DNA of 64,000 nucleotides from Macrostomum lignano. Its lineage: Eukaryota. Each line of letters opens with the position of its first letter. The stretch's first letter is position 1. Under the pieces are notes generated by a model, which saw nothing but the letters and a program-made list of their open reading frames with translations, ran no database searches and was not told the DNA's origin. Below, in pieces: positions 15,235 through 27,700 of the stretch. The translations under genes were made by a program, and so were the position numbers. The DNA lies in assembly GCA_002269645.1 (NCBI GenBank), contig NIVC01000319.1, forward strand, positions 613,871 to 677,870, given 5' to 3'.

Positions 15235-15310
15235 AGGAGGCATTTTTAGATTCGATTAACAACGAAACGCAAACAAAGAGAGACAATTTGGTTTTTCCCC
15301 AACTTCGGAA

Positions 15311-15758
15311 CAAGGACAACTTAAGTACTTTGTACTAATACACTTTGGGGAGACTAATACACTTTGGGGAGATTAATGCACTTTGGGGAGACTAATACAC
15401 TTTGGGGAGACTAATACACTTTGGGGAGACTGATACACTTTGGGGAGACTGATACACTTTGGGGAGACTAATACACTTTGGGGAGACTAATACACTTTGG
15501 GGAGACTAATACACTTTTGGGAGACAAATACACTTTGGGGAGACTGATACACTTTGGGGAGACTGATACACTTTGGGGAGACTGATACACTTTGGGGAGA
15601 CTAATACACTTTGGGGACACTAATACACTTGGGGGAGATTAATACACTTTGGGGAGACTAATACACTTTGGGGAGACTAATACACTTTGGGGAGACTAAT
15701 ACACTTTGGGGAGATTAATACACTTTGGGGAGACTAATACACTATATAGTTGTCCTTG
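15311..15758. mobile_element. Small TIR element carrying a 19-bp tandem array (AGACTAATACACTTTGGGG, ~21 copies)
   Basis: 11-bp TIR CAAGGACAACT/AGTTGTCCTTG; imperfect 8-bp TSD cttcggaa/tctcggaa spanning the annexin exon-intron junction. Confidence 0.55.
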
Positions 15759-16482
15759 TCTCGGAACGGCTGACTACGACGCGGATTTTGGTCTTATCGT
15801 CCTTGCCGAGGCCCTTCTTGCTGTCGCGTAGCCGCTTGGCAAAGTACATTGGCCTGCAGCGGATTTTCATGAGGATGCTGCGCAGGGCTGGCTTGTAGTC
15901 GCCGCTGGTCTCTCGGTCGATGGAGTTCAGAATGTCGCGCGCGCTGGGAAATCTGAATGGTGAAGAGTGAGGCGGGGACTCAATGGAAATAAGAATGGAG
16001 GGATTTCAGAAGATTAACTAATTGTGCTCCTAGATGGATAGCCGCGGTACTTGAGTCCTAACTTGTAATTTCGGCTCAGGTTGAACGTGTCATCGTCGGT
16101 GCCCCAGCGGTCCTCACCCGCTTTAAATAGTCGATTGGCGACGTTCAGAATTGTCAGGTGGAATTTTCGGTCAGTTTTGGAGATTACGACAAGTGTCTTA
16201 AGCTGGTCTTACTTTTGGCCCGTCCACCAACTTCTTGTAATTGACTTCAAAGATGCCGGTCGGCTTGTCGTTGGCGATTAGCTCCTCCACTGACTGCTCC
16301 AGCTTCTCACGGTTGATTTCGTAGCAGCCGCCCTGTTGGCGGGTCAGTGGGGGCACTAGCTCCGGTAAAGTCGAGATTTCTAGTTTCATTTCAAGACTCC
16401 AGCAGGCTCCATCAACTTACGACAGACTCCACCGACTATAGGTGACTCTACTAACTCAAGACAGTCTTTATCAACAAGAAAA

Positions 16483-16790
16483 AGGCTCCATTCACTCACG
16501 ACAGGCTCCATTCACTCACGACAGGCTCCATTCACTCAAGACAGGCTCCATTCACTCAAGACAGGCTCCATTCACTCAAGAAAGGCTCCATTCACTCAAT
16601 ACAGGCTTCATTCACCCAAAAAAGGCTTCATTCACTCAAGACAGGTTCCATCCACTCAATACAGGCTTCATTCACCCAAGACAGGCTCCATTCACTCAAG
16701 ACAGGCTTCATTCACCCAAGAAAGGCTTCATTCACTCAAGACAGGTTCCATCCACTCAAGACAGGCTCCATTCACTCAAGACAGGCTTCA
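16483..16790. repeat. 20-bp minisatellite ACAGGCTCCATTCACTCAAG, resuming at 19580-19635 beyond the LINE
   Basis: Read directly on both sides of the LINE. Confidence 0.9.
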
Positions 16791-16794
16791 CAGG

Positions 16795-19585
16795 CTTCAT
16801 TCCAGTGTCGCCAGCAGCTATAGTGCTCTCTGGAAAGGAGAGTTCAGCCCTGCGGGTGGCCCGAAGGTAGCGCATGAGCTGATTAAAGTTTTCGGGTTTG
16901 CACGCTTCAGTAATAGATGTGTGTGGCCCGAGGTAAGTGAGTCTGGCCCGCGTGAAGGCGGGACAGATGCTGACGAAATGCTCAGCGGTTTCGTCACCTG
17001 AGTTGCAGAAACTACAGGTGGCGTTGGTGGCGTTGCCCTGCAGGTACTGGTGCCTGGAGAAGCAGCCGTGACCAGAGAGGGTCATGGTCGCAGCCCGGAT
17101 GTCTCTGCGCGAGAGGCGCAAGAGGAGCTTCCGGAGCTGGTGAGAGGGCTGAGGGACAGTGCCTCTGGATTGCCTGCAGTTCGTGCGGTTCGCCCAAGTC
17201 GAGCGGTGCTGAGTCCTGATCCACGCTTTGATGCGCGAGTCGATGACACAGTCAGGAATCGGGACAAGAGGTTCGGGGCCGGGAGAGGAGCCGGAGGCAC
17301 CAACTTTTGCAAGGGTGTCAGCCAACTCATTTCCTTGGATCCCCACATGCCCCGGAACCCACTTAAGGGTAATTTTGCTGGCGGAACCCAACACGTTGAG
17401 GAGTTTGATACAGTCGAGGACTATAGCAGAGTTGGTGCTGCAGCCACTGATGGCGTGCAAGGCAGCTTGGCTGTCCGAATGGAAAATGATGTTCTTACCA
17501 GTAACGCCAGTGGCGAGAAGCTCTGCAGTGCAGGAGCTGATGGCCAGAACTTCATTTTGGAAAACACTGGAGTTGACCCCAGTGTATTGAGCGTGGGTAG
17601 CGATGACCCTCCCGTTCAGAAAGATTCCAACACCAAAGCCGGTGTTGGCTGACTGCTTAGAACCGTCGGTGTAGCAATGAAGCTCACCAAGGTTCCATTG
17701 GTCATTGATGTTATCGCGCGAGTCGATAGCTACGGAGTAGCGCTGTCTCAGGTTGAGCGTTGAGGCAATGCCATCGGTGAAGACGCGATTGGCCTGACAC
17801 TCGTTGAGAAAGTTGAGGCACAGGTCGCTATGCGGGACAAGGTTCCGCTTAGCAGGTGCTCTCATGTAAATGAATTTGACGCCGGCATCAATTAGATGCC
17901 GCGTCGTTCTAGCCGCCTCACCCCTGACGAAGAGGTCAAGAGGCGGTAGATTAAGGAAGGCCCCCATGCCAGCAAAGGGCGTGGACCTGGTGGCGTTGCA
18001 GATGAGCCTATACACGCTCTGCCTTGGATCGTGTTGAGCAGGTCTGCATGGCTTTTGACCTGGGTAGCGCTAACCCAGACAACAGAGGCGTACGTAATGG
18101 CAGGTCTAACTACGGAAGTATAGATCCACCAAAGCCGCTTTGGGGATAGACCCCAAGAAGTGCCAAGTGCTCGTCAGAGCTGGGCCAGGATGGCTGAGGC
18201 ACGCTTGGCTTTTGCTTTCACGTGGAAGGACCAGTTGAGCCGGTGGTCAAGTGTGACCCCGAGACATCTGGTCTGGTGCGCGAAGGCAATATCTCTGCCG
18301 TAGAGCTGCAGAGGACGTATGTTCCAGCGTAGTCTGCTGGTAAACATAATGGCAACGGTTTTGGGCTCAGAGAGTTCCAGACCATTGTCATTGGCCCAGG
18401 ATTCTGCTTTGCGGATAAAGCTCTGCATCAGATCCCTGAGCGTGCTGGGAGACGGTCCTGCCACAATGGCCGTGACGTCATCAGCATACCCGACTTTGAA
18501 GACGGGGTCGGATCGGGAGTCACTCAGAAGAGCGTCCATGACCAGGTTCCAGAGCGTCGGGTGAGGACTCCGCCTTGGGGTCCACCCTTACAGACTCTGG
18601 TGGAGGCAGTTTGCCCAAGAAGTTGGGCAGTGACCGTACGGTTGGAGATCATGTACATGATCCACCGTATGAGGGTAGCATGAGCTTTGCGATTTTGAAG
18701 GGCCCTCTGAAACGCTTCAAAGATAACGTTGTCGAAGGCGCCAACAATGTCAAGAAAGAGAGCCAGGGCGTAACCGTCACCCAGTACCGCCCTTTCAATC
18801 TTCTCGACAATCGCATGCAGGGCGCTGTCAGTCGACCTCCCGGTACGGAAGGCGTGCTGATTATTGCTGAGGGGCATCGCTGTCAGCTCGCAGGACAGCA
18901 GCCGCCAGAGAATAAGCCTCTCAGTGAGCTTAAGCATTGCTGACGTTAAGCTAATTGGCCGGAAGGCCTTGAGGCTTTGGTAGTCACCCTTCCCAGGTTT
19001 GGGAATAAAGACTACCCGAGCTTCAGTCCAGCATTTGGGAACGTATACCAGCTGGAAAGAGGCCCGCATAAGATTGCGGGTGAGTCTCAGGAACGAGGGT
19101 ATCTTGGCTGCTTCACGAAGGAAGTTTGAAGGTTCTGACCGCACGAGCGATTAGGTCTTCAGTGACAATGCCCGCCGCTAGGGTGGCTCCATCCATCGAA
19201 TGGTTGGGCTCCGGTCTAGCAGTAGGTACCCTCGGGAAGAATGTGCTGAGCATATGCTGAAGCACTTCTTCAGGGTCTTTAGTAAGAGAGCCATCATCTT
19301 TTTTGATCATGGCTAATTTGGACATTTTGTCCATTGTAAGGGCCTTGACAAGCCTAGAAGTAGGTCTGTCTTGATCCAATTCATTGCAGAATTGGCGCCA
19401 CTTACATTCCTTGGCCTTGCGCACTTCAGATTTGAAATTGCGGGAGGCTTGCCGGAAAAGCTCCGTGTCCTCCGGGTTTCCGGTCTTCATGGCACGGCGA
19501 TGAAGGCTTTTGGCCTTCCGCCTGAGTTTCCCCAGCTCCGGGTTCCACTACGGCGCCGAGGTCTTGCCTTTGTAGGCGCGACAGG
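16795..19585 (-). mobile_element. 5'-truncated non-LTR retrotransposon with RT and RNase H (LOA/Lian-like), frameshifted
   Basis: ARVVFIPKPGK, FRPISLTS, QHAF, LDIVGAFDNV, PQGGVL, GYADD, CLGVTLD; RNase H YTDGSK, SDSQAAL, WVPGHVGIQGNELAD; C-terminal CSFC..ETAEHF..CP; split over four ORFs; no endonuclease. Confidence 0.9.
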
Positions 19586-20268
19586 CTCACGACAGGCTCC
19601 ATTCACTCAAGACAGGCTTCATCCACTCAAGACACTCTGAAAACTTGAGAGAGACTCAACCAACTCAAAGCTGGACGAGCTGGGCTCTTACCTGCGACGT
19701 GGAGACAAAGCAGCTTCTTGAAGGTCCCGCTGGTGTCGCCTCGAATGTCAGCTTCCAGTAGCGTCTTGGAGGCCTTCCGGTTTGGACTGGCGACGTTCTC
19801 GTCGTCCTCGTAGGCGTCTTTCATCGCCCGGATCTGCGCGTTGGTCCGCGTCATGATCTCGATGAGCGCCTGTTCGTCGGTGCCGGCCCCGTAGATGGCC
19901 TCCTTCATTGAACAGGCGTCATAGACGGCCGGCGCCACAAAGCAGGCCATGACGGCCTCGCGGAAGTCGCCGGACAGCTCGCTGCGAATGTCCTCGATGA
20001 GGTCGCGGTCGTACATAGTCTTGAACATATCTTTGAGGCGTTGGCGCTGTGCGATGCATCGCGTGGCCACAGCGTGAATGATGGCATCCTCGTCTCGAAG
20101 GCGTTTGAGCCACTTCTAGATGAGCGGCCACAGGCTGCTGTATACGACGCCGTCCGGTCCATCACTGCCCGACGGCCCCGACGTGAAGAGCCGCGCAGTG
20201 TGGACGGCCTTCCGAACTCTGATGGGGTGCAAAAAGTGTGTAGCGCTGAATCTGGCCGTCGACACAGG

Positions 20269-20796
20269 AATGAATTGGATCTGGAGCGCAGGAATGAATT
20301 GGATCTGGAGCGCAGGAATGAATTGGATCTGGAGCGCAGGAATGAATTGGATCTGGAGCGCAGGAATGAATTGGATCTGGAGCGCAGGAATGAATTGGAT
20401 CTGGAGCGCAGGAATGAATTGGATCTGGAGCGCAGGAATGAATTGGATCTGGAGCGCAGGAATGAATTGGATCTGGAGCGCAGGAATGAATTGGATCTGG
20501 AGCGCAGGAATGAATTGGATCTGGAGCGCAGGAATGAATTGGATCTGGAGCGCAGGAATGAATTGGATCTGGAGCGCAGGAATGAATTGGATCTGGAGCG
20601 CAGGAATGAATTGGATCTGGAGCGCCGGAATGAATTGGATCTGGAGCGCAGGAATGAATTGGATCTGGAGCGCCGGAATGAATTGGATCTGGAGCGCAGG
20701 AATGAATTGGATCTGGAGCGCAGGAATGAATTGGATCTGGAGCGCAGGAATGAATTGGATCTGGAGCGCAGGAATGAATTGGATCTGGAGCGCAGG
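20269..20796 (+). repeat. 24-bp tandem repeat x22 (AATGAATTGGATCTGGAGCGCAGG), reads NELDLERR in frame on +
   Basis: 528 nt = 22 units; open frames on both strands. Confidence 0.95.
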
Positions 20797-20964
20797 AATA
20801 AATTGCGCGACTTCTTCGACCGCATCGTGAACGCGCCCGCGTCGCCGCTGCCTGCTCTCACTGGGCACGCCGCTCTCAGCTGAGGAGGACTTCTACACCA
20901 GCCCAGTCACCACAGAGGCCGTTGTGCTGTTCGCCTGGAAAATGCGGAAAAGGCGGCAAGGCAT

Positions 20965-23345
20965 TTCAGATTCCCATGAGCCATAGCCTTTCAGATTCCC
21001 ATGAGCCATAGCCTTTCAGATTCCCCTAATGATCCATAGCCTTTCAGATTCCCCTAATGATCCATAGCCTTTCAGATTCCCCTAATGATCCATAGCCTTT
21101 CAGATTCCCCTAATGAGCCATAGCCTTTCAGATTCCCCTAATGATCCATAGCCTTTCAGATTCCCCTAATGATCCATAGCCTTTCAGATTCCCCTAATGA
21201 GCCATAGCCTTTCAGATTCCCCTAATGATCCATAGCATTTCAGATTCCCATGAGCCATAGCATTTCAGATTCCCATGAGCCATAGCATTTCAGATTCCCC
21301 TAATGAGCCATAGCCTTTCAGATTCCCCTAATGAGCCATAGCCTTTCAGATTCCCCTAATGATCCATAGCATTTCAGATTCCCATGAGCCATAGCATTTC
21401 AGATTCCCCTAATGAGCCATAGCCTTTCAGATTCCCCTAATGATCCATAGCATTTCAGATTCCCATGAGCCATAGCATTTCAGATTCCCATGAGCCATAG
21501 CATTTCAGATTCCCATGAGCCATAGCATTTCAGATTCCCATGAGCCATAGCATTTCAGATTCCCATGAGCCATAGCATTTCAGATTCCCATGAGCCATAG
21601 CATTTCAGATTCCCATGAGCCATAGCATTTCAGATTCCCCTAATGAGCCATAGCCTTTCAGATTCCCCTAATGAGCCATAGCCTTTCAGATTCCCCTAAT
21701 GATCCATAGCATTTCAGATTCTCATGAGCCATAGCATTTCAGATTCCCCTAATGAGCCATAGCCTTTCAGATTCAACTAATGATCCATAGCATTTCAGAT
21801 TCCCATGAGCCATAGCATTTCAGATTCCCATGAGCCATAGCATTTCAGATTCCCCATGAGCCATAGCATTTCAGATTCCCCTAATGAGCCATAGCCTTTC
21901 AGATTCCCCTAATGATCCATAGCCTTTCAGATTCCCCTAATGATCCATAGCCTTTCAGATTCCCCTAATGTGCCATAGCCTTTCAGATTCCCCTAATGAG
22001 CCATAGCCTTTCAGATTCCCCTAATGATCCATAGCATTTCAGATTCCCATGAGCCATAGCATTTCAGATTCCCATGAGCCATAGCATTTCAGATTCCCCC
22101 ATGAGCCATAGCATTTCAGATTCCCCTAATGAGCCATAGCCTTTCAGATTCCCCTAATGATCCATAGCCTTTCAGATTCCCCTAATGATCCATAGCCTTT
22201 CAGATTCTCCTAATGAGCCATAGCCTTTCAGATTCCCATGAGCCATAGCATTTCAGATTCCCATGAGCCATAGCCTTTCAGATTCCCATGAGCCATAGCA
22301 TTTGATCAGATTCCCATGATCCATAGCCTTTCAGATTCCCCTAATGAGCCATAGCCTTTCAGATTCCCCTAATGATCCATAGCATTTCAGATTCCCATGA
22401 GCCATAGCATTTCAGATTCCCCTAATGAGCCATAGCCTTTCAGATTCCCCTAATGATCCATAGCATTTCAGATTCCCATGAGCCATAGCATTTCAGATTC
22501 CCATGAGCCATAGCATTTCAGATTCCCATGAGCCATAGCATTTCAGATTCCCATGAGCCATAGCATTTCAGATTCCCATGAGCCATAGCATTTCAGATTC
22601 CCCTAATGAGCCATAGCCTTTCAGATTCCCCTAATGAGCCATAGCCTTTCAGATTCCCCTAATGAGCCATAGCCTTTCAGATTCCCCTAATGATCCATAG
22701 CATTTCAGATTCTCATGAGCCATAGCATTTCAGATTCCCCTAATGAGCCATAGCCTTTCAGATTCAACTAATGATCCATAGCATTTCAGATTCCCATGAG
22801 CCATAGCATTTCAGATTCCCATGAGCCATAGCATTTCAGATTCCCCATGAGCCATAGCATTTCAGATTCCCCTAATGAGCCATAGCCTTTCAGATTCCCC
22901 TAATGATCCATAGCCTTTCAGATTCCCCTAATGATCCATAGCCTTTCAGATTCCCCTAATGTGCCATAGCCTTTCAGATTCCCCTAATGAGCCATAGCCT
23001 TTCAGATTCCCCTAATGATCCATAGCATTTCAGATTCCCATGAGCCATAGCATTTCAGATTCCCATGAGCCATAGCATTTCAGATTCCCCATGAGCCATA
23101 GCATTTCAGATTCCCCTAATGAGCCATAGCCTTTCAGATTCCCCTAATGATCCATAGCCTTTCAGATTCCCCTAATGATCCATAGCCTTTCAGATTCCCC
23201 TAATGAGCCATAGCCTTTCAGATTCCCATGAGCCATAGCATTTCAGATTCCCATGAGCCATAGCCTTTCAGATTCCCATGAGCCATAGCATTTGATCAGA
23301 TTCCCATGATCCATAGCCTTTCAGATTCCCCCATGAGCCATAGCA
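20965..23345. repeat. 25/28-bp satellite GAGCCATAGC(C/A)TTTCAGATTCCC(CTA)AT with a ~990-bp higher-order duplication
   Basis: Rare variants recur ~990 bp apart: attcaactaa 21771/22762, gtgcc 21970/22961, tttgatcaga 22301/23291. Confidence 0.95.
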
Positions 23346-23934
23346 TTTTAGATTCCTCCTCAAATGAGCCAGACAGGCAATTACTTGATAAAGTCAAACC
23401 AAGTTTAACAATTCTGATCTTTACTGCATGGAAGTCAATGTTCAAGCATGATTTATTCGTATTGAAATGGACCCACTCTGTAAGGCAGCTGTCTAGAAAG
23501 AGTGAAGCAAGCGATCTATTAAATGCTCTACTTGATCTATAGGCGCAGATTAGCTTCGGGTTTGATCAGAGATCCCGGGAATTTCAGTCCCAGCGCAAAA
23601 AATACCCGCTTTTTGTATCTTTCTGTCACAAAGATGCTGAGAAAAAAAGGCTAACAAACAAGCTAGTTGCTTGTCTTTAATTCAAGTGCAATTAGTTTTA
23701 TATATGACTTTTCCAGGCAATTCAAATTATCTGTCCGAGTCAATGAGTTCATTGTAATCAAACAGCTGTCAGTTTTCCTTTCCTAGTGACTTTGATGGAC
23801 TCTTCGACGATCTGAAATTGTGGATTAAGATTGACAAATTTTCATGCTAAAGATAGAACAGCGGATGTCTGAAAAAACTATATGATGATCAAAAGATAGA
23901 TAACGTGCACACTGGCATTCAGATGAAAGATGGG

Positions 23935-24680
23935 CTGACATGCAAGCAAGTAGATGGAAGACAGACTGACATGCAAGCAAGTAGATGGAAGACAGACTGA
24001 CATGCAAGCAAGTATAATAGATGGAAGACAGACTGACATGCAAGCAAGTAGGTGGAAGACAGACTGACATGCAAGCAAGTAGGTGGAAGACAGACTGACA
24101 TGCAAGCAAGTATAATAGATGGAAGACAGACTGACATGCAAGCAAGTAGATGGAAGACAGACTGAAATGCAAGCAAGTAGATGGAAGACAGACTGACATG
24201 CAAGCAAGTAGATGGAAGACAGACTGACATGCAAGCAAGTAGATGGAAGACAGACTGAAATGCAAGCAAGTAGATGGAAGACAGACTGACATGCAAGCAA
24301 GTAGATGGAAGACAGACTGACATGCAAGTAGATGGAAGACAGACTGAAATGCAAGCAAGTAGATGGAAGACAGACTGACATGCAAGCAAGTAGATGGAAG
24401 ACAGACTGACATGCAAGCAAGTAGATGGAAGACAGACTGACATGCAAGCAAGTAGATGGAAGACAGACTGACATGCAAGCAAGTAGATGGAAGACAGACT
24501 GACATGCAAGCAAGTATAATAGATGGAGGACAGACTGACATGTAAGCAAGTAGATGGAAGACAGACTGACATGCAAGCAAGTAGATGGAAGACAGACTGA
24601 CATGCAAGCAAGTAGATGGAAGACAGACTGACATGCAAGCAAGTAGATGGAAGACAGAATGACATGCAAGCAAGTAGATG
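23935..24680. repeat. 31-bp minisatellite CATGCAAGCAAGTAGATGGAAGACAGACTGA
   Basis: Read directly. Confidence 0.95.
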
Positions 24681-24745
24681 TAGACATGCAGGCAGTGAGG
24701 TGGACTGTTGCCACAAAACAGCGCAGCATCAGCTTGGCTCACAGC

Positions 24746-27700
24746 TCAGAGGCCTGTCGCGTAGACTTCGTTTCTCCAGTGATTCCCGCAAGTCTGCTTT
24801 TTGTCCCCAGCACACGCTAGTGAGCACTCGGAGTCTGCAACTTGGCCATGCCGGCCAAAGGTGTTGCCACAATGGCACCAATCAGTAGCTTGCACTCCTG
24901 CAAACCGATACCCGCGTTCTTTGCAGAGCGACACGCAGTATTCTGGTTTCACATAATTCGATTTCTTGAAAAATTCGTCTAGATCTCTTTCAGCACTGTC
25001 CACAAAGCAGCCAAGTCGCATGAGGCCTGTGAAAATTGAACAGAGTCGTTTGAGAAATTATGGCACTTGTTGTGTATGAACTTAAGTTCTATGGTTTATG
25101 GGTGAAGCCTTATTCATATTTTAAGTATAGCAGCCAGCTACTTCGCTGCTGAAAATATACGCGCTGCATGCATCTACGATCTCTTCCTAACTCGGCACCT
25201 TGCATTCGTCTTCGTTACTACGAAAAGTAAAACATGGCGACGAGGAAAATTTAATTCGCCGCGGGACGATACTGCAGTCACCAAATCTTCATCCCGATGT
25301 CTTCCGGACTCGACTTCCGACTGGGGGAGATGCCGCCGTGCTACCCCGATGTCGAACAGTATTTCAAGCGCCTCGGTTTTTACATTAGCGCAACGGAAAA
25401 GAATGACCAGAGCAAAGCCGTTCTACTTGCTACTTGTGGAGATGCCGCATTTTCACTGATTGAGACACTTGTGCAGCCAGAAGACATTTTAAACGATACA
25501 AAGTGTACGTTCGATTTCATCAAAGAAGCGGTACTGAGCCACTTGAAACCCAATTGCCTTCTTCACTACGACAGACATCTGCTACATACCATGGTCCAAA
25601 TACAGGGTGAGTCGGTGACAAAGTTTTTGGAGAGACTGAAGACACAGGCCAACAAATGCGAATTCTGCAACCTGCGAGAAGAGTTAATTCTTTCTCAGTA
25701 TATTTTCGGACTGGCTGATAATTCTCTGAAGCAAAAATTACTTGTGAAGGAAAAGCTGGATCTAGAGACTGCGGTTAAGGATAGTCTCTTATCGGAGTCC
25801 GTATCTCAAGCTACTGATTCGAGCAAAACCGTCGCAGCAGTGCAGAAAACCACTCACAAGAAGACCGGCAGCAACCAAAAAGTATCCAACGGTATCCAGG
25901 CCAATGCCAACAACGCCGAATCATTCTAAGTCTAGCTGCCATTCCTGTGGTAACCCGGGTCATCTTAGAAATACCTGCAAGTTCCGCAATGCGATATGTC
26001 ACAAGTGCGGAAAAACCGGGCACATTGCCAGAGCATGCAGGTCCAACATCGGTGCCAGCAAGAAAGTCACGTACGCGGAAGTTGAAGCAACCGACGCTGA
26101 TCCACTGCACCTGATTCAGCTGTGTACTCGGTGATCAAGGCTACTCCATGCGACGAACTCTGGAAAATAGTCTGCACGATCGGTGATTCCACAGTCCATA
26201 TGTGCGTCGACTCTGGTAGTCAAGTAACAATTTTGCCAGTAACCATCGTAGAGCAAGCCGGATTGCACATGGTTGACGCGGACATTCGATCACTCAAAGT
26301 TTTCGGGGGAGCTTCAGTTTCCGTACGATGCATGGCTAAGGACGTCACGATTGAGCTGAGAAACGGCAAAACGGCATGCGGAGACATATATGTCGGGGAC
26401 CCATCCAGTCAAGCCATTTTGGGAATAAATTTTATTCGTGCCTTCAACCTATTGACGGTAGACGAATTTCTGTGCCATCCAGTGCAGTGTGATGAAAATT
26501 CAAGATTCCAGGCCAGCTTTCGCCTGAAGGACGGGGCCTCTACCGATGGAATGTGCTTTCCTGCCAGATCCCTTCCGTTCTCAATTAAAACTTTGGTTGA
26601 ACTGGAGCTGAAAAGACTGGAAAGTGCAGGTATCATCTACCCAGTTCACTCGCCTAAGGTATCGTGCCCTATTATTCCTGTGTTGAAACCAGAAGGATCA
26701 AAGAGACCCATTAGACTGTGTGGAGACTATTCAGTCACTCTCAACAGACTGATCGACTGAGATCGATATCGACTGCCAACTTTGAAAGAAATCCTTCAAA
26801 AGATCCCAAATTCGAAAGTGTATTCAGTGCTCGACCTCGAAGACGCATTCTTGCAGATTCCCCTAACGCCAGAAAGTCAGGGTCTTACGTGTATTTCCAC
26901 CCACGTAGGACATTTTGCCTTCCGCAAGTTACAATTTGGGATATCGGCAGCACCACTGATATTTCAGGAAGTTATGGATATCTTGCTCAAAGGAATACCA
27001 GGCACTGCTTCTTATCAGGACGACATCATTCTAGGCACTGAAACAGTGGAGCAGCATCGACAGATCCTGGTGCAAGTCAACGAAAAACTGAAAAAGCATG
27101 GATTCAAGATCAATGAGCGTAAGACTCAGGAGTGCAAGAAAGAAGTCACATTTCTGGGATTTCTCCTCCGAGATGGGAAACTTTTGCCTGATCCGGCAAG
27201 AGTGGAAGCTCTATCCAACTTGTCAGAGCCAAAAGACCGGGATCAATTGAGAAGTGCTATATGCACCTTAAGACACTACGGGATTTTTTGTCGGAACTTC
27301 TCTATGATCGCCAAGCCGCTCTATTACCTCCTAAAGAAAGGGGTTCAGTGGAAATGGACTGTCGTTCACTCAAGTGCGTTCTCCCAACTGAAAGCTGCTG
27401 TAACGGAAGGTCGAATCGTTTCTTATGATATAAAAAGGCCGTTGTTTCTAACCTGCGACGCTTCTCAGAGTGGAGTCGGATTTGTGCTGTCCCACGACAC
27501 GAACCAAAAAGAAGTTGTATGGCTGGGGAGCAGAGTTTTGACCAAGGCTGAGGCCAACTACGCTAACATTGAGCGGGAGGCTCTTGCAATTATCGAGGGT
27601 GTAAAATATTTTCATCAATTTCTGGCAGGCCGTCATTTTACAATCATCTCTGATCACAGACCTTTGCAGTACATCTTCTCTACAACGAAAGTTCCTGACC

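Larger units (their letters stand above)
14074..20115 (-). pseudogene. Annexin gene, decayed; exons ~20115-19692, 16332-16213, ~16135-16040, 15952-15761, 14196-14074
   Basis: All four repeats recognisable: DEDAII..RCIAQR, SELSGDF, GAGTDEQAL, GDTSGTFKKLL, AGEDRWGTDDDTFN, ETSGDY, YFAKRL..GLG..RVVVSRSE, IDMVQIK..SGDYKKLL; small indels, frameshift at the end of the first exon, disrupted donor. Confidence 0.85.

Noticed and set aside
14261-15243. His/Pro-rich or GESGV repeat proteins; telomere-like tract
   Set aside because: Translations of the intronic CCCACT array; the unit is not TTAGGG-like
23825-24888. Cys-rich 265-305 aa ORFs
   Set aside because: Translations of the 31-bp minisatellite downstream of the WSC stop
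26755-26765. Programmed readthrough of the TGA in Gypsy pol
   Set aside because: It lies inside RT, not at a gag-pol boundary; a point mutation (e.g. CGA to TGA) is simpler
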